Origin: Lytechinus pictus
Lineage: Eukaryota
Direction: 5' to 3'
Length of the DNA stretch: 64,000 nt
Assembly: GCF_037042905.1 (NCBI RefSeq)
Contig: NC_087255.1
Coordinates: 1,674,001 to 1,738,000, forward strand
Positions 36,101 through 49,000 of the stretch are shown here, one piece after another. A model generated the notes under the pieces. It did no database searches, was not told the origin of the DNA, and was given only the letters and a program-made list of their open reading frames with translations. Every line of letters starts with the position of its first letter. The first letter of the stretch is position 1. The position numbers and the translations under genes were made by a program.

Positions 36101-36354
36101 AAAAAGTAGTTGACAAGATTACAAATAAAAGAACGACACAAGTCCATTCAAAGGTCATTTCAAGAGAATAAAGAACAACAAAATGATTTTTGTGGTCATC
36201 AGTGTTTCAGTCATTCAGGGCTGGAATTCCAGGATGTGAATTACTCACAAGATGGGGTTATGTATATGGAAAAAGTCCCCACATTTAACTCATTTTGGCC
36301 TAGAGATGGACTTAGGTCGTTCTCTATTCATACACCCAGTTACAACATTGCAAG

Positions 36355-37084
36355 CTATAAGAGCTTTGGAAGCTGTTTCAGTTTGCTGATATCCAGAATG
36401 TTTCCCTTGTCTTTTTCATCCCCTGTTAAAGGCATACAAGGCTCCTTATCTCCCTTCCTCAGTTGTCCTAGAACATTTGTAGGCTTACTGTCTGAAGTGA
36501 CCTTTCCAGTTCTTGGGGTATTAATCCCTTCTGACTGATCGGTAATGATGTCTTTCGGAGGTGTCGGATTGTACGATAGTTTGGTTGGTTTAGATTGCAA
36601 GCCACGCTTGATTTCAATTGTTCCTTCTTTAGGTGAGTAAGTTCTGGCAACAGCAGGCGACTTCATAAAGCGTACTGGCGATGGCTTCGCTAAGTGTCCA
36701 ACCCCTCTTGGCGATGAAGAATCAGCACAGGACACTGCAGCCTCACATCCACTCATCAACCCATACTTCTCCATGTATTTACGACTCGCTAATGACATAT
36801 TGACGCCGATGCTCGAATCCACATCGCCCCCTCTGCCGCTAGCACCACCATCTTCTCTGATACCAGTAAGAACCGATCTTAGAAGTGGATTCACTCCACC
36901 TCGCTTTCCCGGTGTCCTGTCACCTTGGAAACCAGCAGACATCTTGGCTAGTTCACCATCACTGAGATACTTCATGGCGATGGCATTGGCCTCCATGCTC
37001 AGATCTGAGGGGTCAAAGGTGAAATCTGCCAGCGAGACATAGTTGATTTGAGGATGAAGATCAGGACTCACATTGTACAGCGAT
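36355..37084 (-). CDS. STIL: STIL terminal exon 14 (STAN motif, C-terminal TIM-like motif)
   Basis: [55 protein letters not shown]. Confidence 0.92.
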
Positions 37085-40000
37085 CTGAAATGACACAAGA
37101 ACAATAGTGGGTGAAACACTTTCTACAAGAGAAATAAACAATAGCATATGGATCTGAATACAGTCCGACCTCTCTTATCCGGCCTCCCCTTATCCGGATC
37201 TTCCCAGTCCCAGGTCTTCCGGATAAATCCCTTTTCCGGATTGGTGCTGGTCCCAAAGTGTCCAAATAAGAGAGGTCGGACTGTAAAAATAACTCATTAA
37301 ATTACATCCAAAAAATGGCATGTAATTCATATGTATAAACAAACAAACTCTTAAATGTCAAAATGTTTTAAAAGGAAACAATATGAACTTGAACCGAATG
37401 TTCGGTTCCAAACATTGAGAGGCTTTCTTACCATTCTTATCTAAAGAAAACGGCCTGCATTCTGAACTTGGGTTTGATTTAAACTCTGGTCTGAAGTTGC
37501 AGTTTAACTATGGATAGTCAATTGTAACAAAAATCTCCCACAGTTCAAAATCAATTTATCTGCTCATTTGACACTCAAATCATTCATAATTGTCAATAAA
37601 TAATGACTTAAATTGTATTCTTCACCCTTAAAGCATGAGGAAAGAGCAAATTCACATTAAAAAAATATAATGTAAAAAAACTTTTGACATTTCCAGCTTC
37701 CCATCAGTTCAGCAATGACTTCGACCATGGTCTAAGTTAAAGAGAAATTCCAGTAGTTGCAGTAAACACTGATTTCATGAGAAAGTCTGTAAAACAAGGC
37801 TTAATTGGCAGTATATCATCGAGGATCTAGATCTGGTACAGTTACATAAACTGAACTTTGTGAAATCCTGAAATCTACGCTGAAAAATGTTCACACTGAA
37901 GATCACCAACACAGATAGGCACACGTGGGACAGTGTATTATTATTGCTGGAATAAAGACCCGACGGAAGTGACCGAATCCGCGCTTATTTTGCTTATTTC
38001 TCAGCAATTACACAATTTCTTCCAGAATCCTTTGGCACATATTTTTTATTCATACAAACAGACACTTGGGTAGTCATTATATGAGATTCTGTAAAAAGTC
38101 ATTTTGAGATCGTTACCAAAACTGGAATTTATCTTTAAACTAGACTTCAGAATACGGGACAACAGGTTTTTATTATTTTGTAATCAACTAATTCCCTATT
38201 CTGACAGTGGATATTCTTACCTATATAGTGACCTGTCCGTAATGGTGATATCAGTGCTATGAAGGTTGATACCAAGCTTCTGCAGTTCATCTAAGGTAGC
38301 CATTGATATGTCAGGCAAGGCCCTAGGCAGATCAGGTTCATCTGAAGGCACAGGGTCTGGTGTGGGAGGTTGGTCAGTGCTATCAGAATGCAACAATTCT
38401 TGAACCTGACCCTGATCAAATAGAAAGCATGGGTAAATTAAATGGGATTTGCAAGGTGATAGTTAACTTTGGATGGCTTTATATTTCATAGAATACCAGA
38501 AATATTCCATTCGTTGTGGCCAATATTCCACTCCTCTGTGATTCATGGAATATTCTTGGAAAATTTCTGGTATTCCATTGAGCCATCCAATATCATATAA
38601 TTATAACCAAGAAGTCCAAAACAGAATTAATGAACTTTCAGATGGAAACATCTTGTTTCTAAACTTATTCACAGGCTGCAAAAATAGAAAAAAAAAATTA
38701 ATCTCCTTAACAGGCTAGAACATAGAGCAACAAACTGTCTCACTTACCAGTAGATTATCATAGAATCTTTTCTCATCCCGATACAGTAAGCTTGGACTTG
38801 CCATGTTGACTCCCTTTTCTTCCTCTGTATCTCTCTTTTCATCTTCTTCTTCATCAGAATCGCTGCTCTCTTCATCTGACACTTGAGGGCGGGGTGGAGC
38901 ATAGGTACTAGCGCTCTCCCCTAGGGTGGGGCTGCTAAGGTTGGCTCCGTAGATGTGGGCTGATTCATCCTGGCTCCTATCTGGGCTCTGTCTTGGGGTG
39001 TGTGGCTCACTGCAGTAAAACATGAACATACACTAGGTTCAAATATCATTGTGAAAGAAAACCAACATGAATTATGCCCTTGGGAATCAGAAACTTGGTA
39101 ATGAGTGACAAAATCACTAATACTGACTCCTTCAGTAAAGGAACTTTGATTGCATAACAAATAGCCTAAAATGGCACGAGTATAAAAGTGAGAAGTCACC
39201 GAGATAATAATTTCAATCATCCTTTTCTTCTAAAATCATCTGAAAAGATACATTGTTTTCCACTTCCTAAGCATTTCATCCAGCTTTGTAAAATGCAAGC
39301 AAAAGAAATATATGACAGAATAATATCAGCATGTCGACACACAAATCATTTTCAAGGCTCGCTCTACGAAAAACACACAGAGTAAAACATTAGTCCTTTT
39401 AAGTCACTGTCACATTATTTCCAATGCTTGAAATAAATGACTAACCTTGATCGAGGTGAACGTGATGACGTCTGAGAAGGTTCTGGGCAACTGCTAATGC
39501 TGATACTATCGACCATCTCCACCACTCTCTCAGTCTGGTGAAGGGTATTAGAGTGAAGCCCCTTGACATCATCAGATTGGGTACCTACAGGGGTGGAGGT
39601 AGACTCGGGAGCAGGCATAGCTGCAGATCCAGGAGTAGGTATGGATGGATGTCTGGTATCCTTAGGGTCAGATTCCACAGGAGGTGAACCAGGGAATTCA
39701 GAGACCAAAGGTGCAGAGCAGAACAAGCTCTGACCAGTGTTCACAGCCATGCTACACATTACAGGGCTTGGCAAGGGGAACCCTGTGGATGTTGTAGCAG
39801 TTCTGGTAGATACAGGACTGGCAGGAGCTGCACACGCAGTACCTCTCACATGAAGTCCTTTGGGAGAGGACAAACCCAAAGATGGAGATTGTGGGTTGAT
39901 TCCAGGATTGGAATGGAGTGGACCTGTACCAGGAGGAACGTTGTGACCAGGTGATTCCTGCATATAAAGGTTATGAGCCCCTTGAGAAGTAGCAGGAGGT

Positions 40001-43000
40001 GCCAACAGTCCCAGTGGTGAAGGTGTGGGAGGCTGGGGTATGTGTGCTTGAAGAAGCAATTTAATCTGCAAACGAAATAAGAGGTTGGTTGGTCATAATT
40101 ATATTTAGTATCAACGAATTTGACTACTGCATCTTTCAGATTATCAAATTTATCAAAGATAGTCCTTTACTTACAACCTTATTGGGTATCCATGTACATC
40201 TCTCTAGAATGACTTCATCTAAACAATCAAAAGTTTCTTGAAGATTATTCTTTTCATGTGAATATCAGTTACTGAAAATAACGGTATGTCCTTACATCCA
40301 ATTCATTCAACCTTAAATCACTGAATATGAATACCTGTTCCTGAAGCTGTTGAATCATCTCCTCTTGTCTCTTTAGTTGTTCCATTGTCCGGATGTCCAT
40401 ACCAGACAGTTCTTTTGACGTACCTCCCATTGTACCAGCATCACTTCTGGCTTTATTGTCCTTCACATTCCCAGCAGTCACACCTTCAATGTGCCGAGTC
40501 TGATCATGCGATGGAGATTGTACAAGTCCTTCATCGGCTGTGGCCATTGGGTGTGGGTGGCCTTGGATGGAGGTGGTCTTTGGTGAACATTCAGAAGGAA
40601 AACCAGTTGTTACACCACCTTGTTGGTGATTAGAAGCATCAGCATAGAACTCTCCTTCAGATGGAATATATTCTGGCAGAGTATTATAGCCTTCAGAGGG
40701 TATGTTAGAATATCCATGTGCTTCTGCATGCTGGACATTGACTGGCGAGTGGTGATACCTGTTATGAGTGTCGGGCTGATGGGTTTGGAGGACAATGTCG
40801 GTACCAACCAAGTGAACATCACCTGATTGTTGCAGAGGCTGATTGGAAGATGGTTGGACATTCCTTTCGACTTCATCTTCAGAAGATTTTGGCTGCTGTA
40901 CTGGCTTCTTACTTGACTGTTGCTGCAGGCTACGTACTGATGATCTGTCTTGACCACCATGAGATACAGAAGGTCTTCCTTTGTTAGGTCTATTAGTATG
41001 TCTTTGATGAAGGCCATAGCCTGAAGACTGAACTTTGCTCTTCATTTGATTTGTTCTTTTAACTGCATTTTGTGTTTCAGCGCTATGACCCGCTTTGTTT
41101 CGGGCATTTTCCAATTCTTGGCCATTCAGAGGTCGAAGTGGACCAGGTCGATTCTGCCTTTTGGTCTGATCAGTTCCTTTCATTCCTGGAGGATGTTGTC
41201 CTGAGAGAGGAGTCTTTGAGGTACCATGAAGTCTTGTCATGCGAGAATCCTCACTCTGACCACCAAGACGTTGCCTCTGAACAGGATGGTGGTCAGGTTG
41301 TTGTTTAGGATGGACATTAGCAGAGACTTGGTTAGTGGTCGTATGGTCGGTCGGGTCACAGAAACTGTCAGATATGAAAGAGAGCTCGGGAACTGATGGC
41401 ATTACCGAAGGGCTCTGAAATTGTAAATGAACATAAGATTGATTTGAGATCGAGGAATAAACAAACACCAACCTGCAAAAATATCAAGTTCGTCATCAAA
41501 TGAATTATCCACACTTGAATTTTGACCAACATGGATACAACTACAATAAGAGAGATAAAGCTTTAATACACATATCTTAAATAAACAAAATTTAAAATTT
41601 AATCTTCTTCTGAAAGTGCATGATTCCTTCCTTATCTTTCTTACTCTTTCCTTTTCATGTTTAGCCTCTTCCTCAGTTTTGGCAATTAAAGTGACTTTGG
41701 AGGTAGACCAGCCCCCTCACTCCAATCAAATAATTAATACTACTTATGAATAATACTCCACTTTCTATCACGTTCAATACATCAGTATGTCTCTAAGCAC
41801 TTTACATACAGTATACTAATTTCCCCAGCTCACTGGATCCAGGCTGGCCCTAACACAATGAATGCGGTGTAGCGGTTCTGACTCTCACCTTGTAATCAGA
41901 GGGTCGTGTGTTCGAATCCCACCATGGTCTAGCGTCCTTTGGCAAGGCGTCAATCCACACTTTGCCACTCTCACCCACGTGCTAATTGGGTACCGGTAGG
42001 AAACAACCGTCATTGTGGTTGGTTTAGCAAGTTTGCGCCTAACAGGCTGCTTGAAATGCTATGAATCCAGTGACCGGGTAATAATAATTGTGAAGCGCTT
42101 TGAACAGTCGTAGATTGATAAAGCGCTCTATAAATGCCAATTATTATTATTATTAATGCACTTTCCCCACTCCCTGGGAAGCAATCCAACAAGAATTTCA
42201 ACTCAAATTGCTTTGCATACTACATTGGCTCTCTTATCATGTTAGGTACCCATTTTGACACCTGGGTAAAGAGTAGCAAAATTTGAACTGACACCTTGCT
42301 AAAGGAAACTAGACTGCAGTGATATCCAAACACACAACTCTTTGATTACAAGACAAGTGTCAGAATGACTATATTAGCATCACACTTCCAATGACAAAAA
42401 GGAAAAGCTAAAAATATGGATTATATTGTACTAGTTCATGAATTTGTACTACGAGCAAACGGCACTGACTGAAAACCCAAATACAGTACCTTATCTAATA
42501 TAGGCTTTGGACTTGGTCTGGGCATCAGATGAGATTCTTCTGTTGACATGCTATCAGCAGCAGTGCTCCTTCTTCTACTATTACTTGACCTACGATGTTT
42601 GTGAGTCAGCCGTGATAGAGACTGCATGAAGAGGGACTTACTGGGTCCACTACGGGCTGGTGTAAGCTCCATCTCTACTGGGGGTTTCCCCTTAGCACGA
42701 GCATGCTGTGTGGAGAGTTGGGAAATCAACATGTCAGGTGAGAAGTGGAATATGATGTAACATAACACATATATAAATACCAAAACATAAGAAAAAAAAT
42801 ATACACTTAACCCTAATAAGATGGGTGGCGCAATTCAGCACCCCTACATTTTTTAGTGGTGAATCTGCAATTCAAAAAAGCTGGCGCCCCACCATGCTGC
42901 AATTTTTTCTTTCAAATCTTGGAGAAAAAAAATTTAGACCAAATTTGTGTGGTTCCAAAATCATGCAAGTGCATTTCGACCCAAAATTGCTTTTTAAAAA

Positions 43001-46000
43001 TGTGAATTTGTGTACAAATCCAATGCAAATTGTAATGTATCAAAATTCATAGATGTATCATTATTTTTCCTTTTACTGATTAAACACAATTTCAACTCGT
43101 TTATAGTCAGAATAAAGCCACAGATGATTTCTAGTGAAAAAACAAAACATTGAAAAACAAAGAAATGCATCAGAAATTATTAAAAAAACTAAAATAAAAG
43201 AAAAAAATTGTGATATGGAATTTTTATAAGCATATTTGATCAGAATTCTACAAACAATATGTGAATAAGAAATAGAACTCTGGGGGGCCTTGTTTACTTA
43301 GTAGATCAAACTTTTGATTATATGCATAAATTAGCAAAGTTAATTAGTAATGAGATTTTTCGAATGATTAGTTTGCACAGTTCTGTACATTACGCCATGG
43401 ATAACACGCGTACCAAATTTCGTCACTATTGCACAGTCGGCGGCTGAGATCGTAAGGGGGGGGGGCTGGGTACAAGTTTCCTATACTGAGTGGAAGAATG
43501 CCTTCAGTCAATGGAGATGTAATGAACCAAGACGTAGTATAAAGCAGAACAATCATCAACAAAATGAAACAGAGACTGAAGATTTCAGTCTAGGGTTACA
43601 GGAGGCTATACCTTGAACACATGAAGGTTTTCCCGACAGCCCACAAGCATAAACCTTGGTTCCTGATCTGACTTCACCATGCATTCATAGAAGAGAGGAT
43701 GACGGGATGTACAAGTAAACATAACCACAAGAAATCCACCATTCGGAGAAGAAACTCTGCAAAAAAAAAATTAGAGTTTTGGGTCGTTGAGAAATAAGTT
43801 TGAAAAGGTTCTATAGTTTGCACACTCATGTTTCTATTCATACGGATACAGGAAAATTACTAAGGGTAGCAAATCATTAGCTTATTAAAGTTCAATTGAG
43901 TTTACAATTTTATGATGTATAACAAATACATTTGTCATCATGAAATCTCCCCCCCCCCCCAACCAGATTCTGTACTATTTGATAATGTTTAAAAATTCTT
44001 ATCAAGAATAAAGATGGCGTTTGGGTAGCTGTCACAACTGAATAATTAACATTCCCAATGCTCCACATGTATTCTGAACTTATGATAATTAGTTTAAAGT
44101 GATTTCTATGATCCATTTAAGATAATAATAATTCTTACAGTTTATATATCACCTGTATAGAACTAACAATTTATACAGTGCGTCCCAGAAAAAACGAAAC
44201 CGAGATTTAGCGATGATTTATCATAACTGAATCACAAATACAATAGACAAATGACCTACCAATGTAAAGCTTAGAATCTCCTCTTTCATCTGATATTACT
44301 TAGATTATTCCTCATTCATGCATGAGTGAGCAAAAACAATTTGAAGAAAGGATACCAAAAACTCATTTGGCGGGGGGTATCTGAATTTTAAAAAGAAAAT
44401 CACATGCCTAAAAAGTTCAATATCTGCTCTTTAAATTGATACCTTAATCACTAAAAATGGTCAAGAAGTAAAAAAGTAACGTTCCCTCGAAACAATGCTT
44501 GTATTTCCATAATTTCATTAAATAAACGTGTTTTCACCGGTTTCCCACAGAAGCTATCGCATGGTTAACAAAAGACTTTATGCATGGCTGATCGTCAACA
44601 AAACGGAGTGTCATGAGTTTGAACGCTAGCCTGTAAAACCTCTTCATTTTATGAAATTATTGAAATTCAAGCCTTATTTCAAATAACCAGAACTTTCTTA
44701 TTTCTTGACCATTTTCTTTAATTGAGGTATCAAATTAAAGAGCAGATATTGAACTTTTTAGAAATGTGGTTTTCTTTTTGAAACCCAGATACAGCCCGCC
44801 AAATGACTTTTTGGTATCCCCTCTTCAAATTGTTTTTGCTCACTCATGCGTGAATGAGAAATAATCTAAGTAATTTCAGATCAAAGAGGAGATTCTAAGC
44901 TTTACAATGGTAGGTCATTTGTCTATTGTATTTGTGATTAAGTTATGATAAATCATCGATAAATCTCGGTTTCGTTTTTTGTGGGACGCACTGTATAGCA
45001 CTTATATATTCTGTTTCTAAGCACTTAACATTGCAATTATTATTACCTTGGTCATCAGATCCTGTCATTTCTGCACACAATGTATACACCCTCTCTACTC
45101 CCTGGGGAGCATTCCAACAAGAGTTCTGAGTCTCAATTGCTAGGCATATTACATAGGCTTTCATATTCTACCGGGTACCTATTTAACACCTGGGTGGGGA
45201 GTGGCAAAGTGTGGATTGACACCTTATCAAAGGTGGGATTCGAACACACGACCCTCTGATTACAAGGCAAGAGTCCAAACTACGATGCTTCCACATCTCT
45301 TTATCTGGATATCTGCAACTTACCTTTCGTGTATGCCATTACTATGGAGATAACGTAAACAGGCTGACCACACAACTGGATTAGACATCTGAGTTATACC
45401 ACTCAACCATCTGAAAAAAAAAATAATAATATAACATTAAAATAGGAACAATTGGTTTAGTTTTAAGAGGCACAATCAAGACACAAATATTTGAAAAATC
45501 AAAACTGGTCTACCTATAACTAAATGATAAATATTCAATAAATTTTCAAATAATTCTATCTCTTGTCTCCATTTTAACAAAAAAATTTAGGGTGTCTTTT
45601 TGACAACTTAAAATCAATGGGAAAATGCAAGTTTTTCTTTTCTATTTGAAAATGAATCCAATAATATTAATAATAATATGCAAGATTAATATAATGCTTA
45701 CATATGGCTAAGAAATTTGAGAAATTAATCCAGCTAAATACCTCATCTATAACTACTCATAGGTCAATATAAAACATTAAATTTCATGAAAATCATAACT
45801 CAACCATCTTTCAAACTGGATCCCCTCATTTACGCAAGACTGAACACACAACAGACACAATGCACATTACATTTAAAATCACAGGTCAGCAAGTCCAAGT
45901 CAAGAATATAAAAACAGATCACTATCAATTGTGTTGTAGATGGATGTTCAAGCACAGACACAGTGCATAGCTCATCCATCCAAGTTATTGTCCAAACAAA

Positions 46001-49000
46001 ATGTCAAAAAACCAAGCAAGATTGCAAAGCTACAGACTAAGAGATAATTTCTAAAATAAATTACGAATTGAAAGCTAAAACTTACATGCCAACAAGAGGT
46101 ATCGTACTGGCCTTAGGATCACTTTCAAGAAGAAGCAGCAGTTTCCTTGTCTCATCCATGCTTAGAAATCTACAATCAGAGGAACAAAATCAATTAAAAT
46201 TTCTAATGCTCTCAAAGTTCCATGGATTGGTCACTTTAGGAAGTACAGTCAAAATTTAAAAAATCATTTCGGACATAGTTGTAAAAAGCTTTTTTTTCTT
46301 TTTTTTTTAACAAAAATCATAAAGGTGGACCATGGTCTTGTTAAAGATGTATATATCCAAACATGAAAACAATCTTGCTCAATATACATTTAAGTATTAA
46401 AAGTCAAAGGAAATATATAAGTTTAAAATATGAGCTTACATTAGTTAACTGCTATTCAGGTACAGTATAAATAGTAATATTCCAATTAATGAGACAAATA
46501 GAAAGAGAAAAATACTTCAAATATAAAGCACTGTCAAATCACACTATTTCAGCCAGTATTATGTGAGCCTTGAACAGTGCTCAAAGACAACTCCATTAAA
46601 TCAATGACACAAACATAAATAAGAAATATACATGAATGAGCTGTTTTACCCTGTTTTGTACGAGCCTTGGACATCACTCAAAGACAAGGGACCCATAAGA
46701 TTTCTGGCTAAAGCAGTTGGAATGATAGGAATGGACTTCACTGGACAGCCGGTAAAGGAAGTCGACACTGACACAGCTCCAAAATGAAGACCGAGTGTGA
46801 TGTCATCTGTATTGCTATGGCAACGACATAGGGCACGAAGGGTCAAATATTTGGCAGGGTCAACCGATCCATGAATGGTTAGACTGCTTTCAAGAAGCTG
46901 AAAGAATGAAGAAATGTATACATGGGTTTAGCTTGAAAAACAACATTCTTTTTACTTCTGATGACGATGGTGTTGATAAGAAGTACATGTAATTGGTTCA
47001 TCAAATTATTACAAATAGATTAACAGTTTTATATTCTCACGTATATAAGAAAGACCAGCATTGACTTTCCATACTTTAGCTGTTTATAAACTTTATATTA
47101 ATCCAGACCCACACACCTCCCCACTACCCCCCCCCCCCCCACTCTGATTACTAATTGTCTTGAATGCAACAATGAAATCATCTAAAGTGTGTGTAGCTAA
47201 TACATCAGCATCTCCGGGGATGATTTATGAGGAACAATGAGATTACCACTCCCCCTCCCCTCCATCTATCCTTCCTTTCCACCCCCCCCCCCCCATCACT
47301 AATTATCTTGAATGCAGCAATGAAATCATCTGATAGATGCATAGCTGATATATCAGCATCTCCTAGAAAAAGGAACGATGAAATCACCCCCTCCACCCCC
47401 CTTAGCCTCCCCCTCCTCACCCCCCCCCCTCCTCACCCCCCCCCCCTACTCTGATTACTAACTACCTTGAATGCAGCAATGAAATCATCTGATGTGTGCG
47501 TAGCTGATATGTCAGCATCTCCTAGGAAGGTTGTCAGAGGAACAACAAAATCAGCTGGTAGCTTAGCGGTTGGGAGACGGGTGTTACGACCAGGAACATC
47601 ACGTCCAGGATCAAAACGATCTAAAGACATGGTCAAGCCTTCTTCATCTATGAAACAAGGACAATGGTGAGAGAACTAAATGCCTTCCTGGGTTATGCAT
47701 GTATATTTTAGAGGGCAGTTTTCTCTCAATAACCAAGTCAGGCTATGACCTGTGCATCCGTTCATGAAGCTTGTCAGCACTGTTCGCTTTCAAGGTCACC
47801 CCAGCAAAAAAAATGGATTTTATTAGATATAGAAAATTCAAACAAGCCTAACTGAAGGGCACTGAAAATGTCATCAAATTCAGATGTAAATAGCAAAGTT
47901 TGAAGTTTCACTTAGATTTATAAAATGTTTATAGCACATCCTAGGCCCCGTAATACACAGGTTAGCGATTAATCGGTAAATGAAATGCCCCCGACTAGGA
48001 ACCAATCAAAATTGATCTTTCAAATTAGCGATTAAACACTAACTTTTGTGTTACTGGGCCCTAGTCAGTATGAAAATGAAAGAACCGATGGCATCACCAA
48101 CTCAATATTTCTCTTAATATTTCATTATTAGAAATATAGAATGTCGCAATTTCTATGTCACATTTGATGTTGATTAAGTTTTCAGCATTATACTTTCTTG
48201 ATTTTTTTCTGTTCATTCAAATCAACTTTTGCTGGGGTGGACTTTAACTTTAAAGTAGAGAGAGCTTCTCCACCGGCCAAAACCAAATACATGAATGTTA
48301 ACATTTCAGCTTAACTCTAAGACACCGTTCTCACTACCTTCCTAAAACTAGTTTAGTGGACACTAGTTTAACGTGTAATGAGAACAGTCGAAACGATCTT
48401 AGAAGCGATCTTCCAAACCGGTTCATGAAACCGCCTCGCGATGTAGTTTTGAAGATCGCTTTGCCTTGTTAAACGTGTTTTAGCGTGAAAACACAATCGT
48501 TCTTCAAGAAGCGATCTTCGCACATTTTGAGCACGCTACTCCGCACAACAGGTGTAGAATGCCTACACAGCGGTTTCAAATTTTGTGCGAAATGTGTCAG
48601 CCCACTGAGAGCATTCCCACAGCAACAAGATCACTTTGCTTGAAGTGATTTTGAAAAACACTATCATGTGATTAAATGGGAATGCTAGCAAAGCGATCTT
48701 CCAAGCTGGTTTCCTGAACCGGTTTCCAATAAACTAGTTTTAGAAAGCGTAATGAGAACGGGGTCTAAGTCACACTTTACTCTTTGTGAAACACCCCCAA
48801 AACCCTATAAATTGTTTAAAATCATGAAACAGACTTCAACTGCATTCACATCGGTAGATGAAGGACTTGTTTTGCCCATTATGGTAGTCAAACTTGCACT
48901 CTCCCTCGAATCATTTATCACTGTAATATATCAGGGGAGCGGTTTCATGAAAAGTCTTGTCAGTGATTTTTTTCTCTGTAACTTGTTATCAGTCAATCAG

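Noticed and set aside
41860-41925. tRNA gene
   Set aside because: The A/B boxes continue into a SINE body and an (ATT)n tail, and there is no complete cloverleaf.
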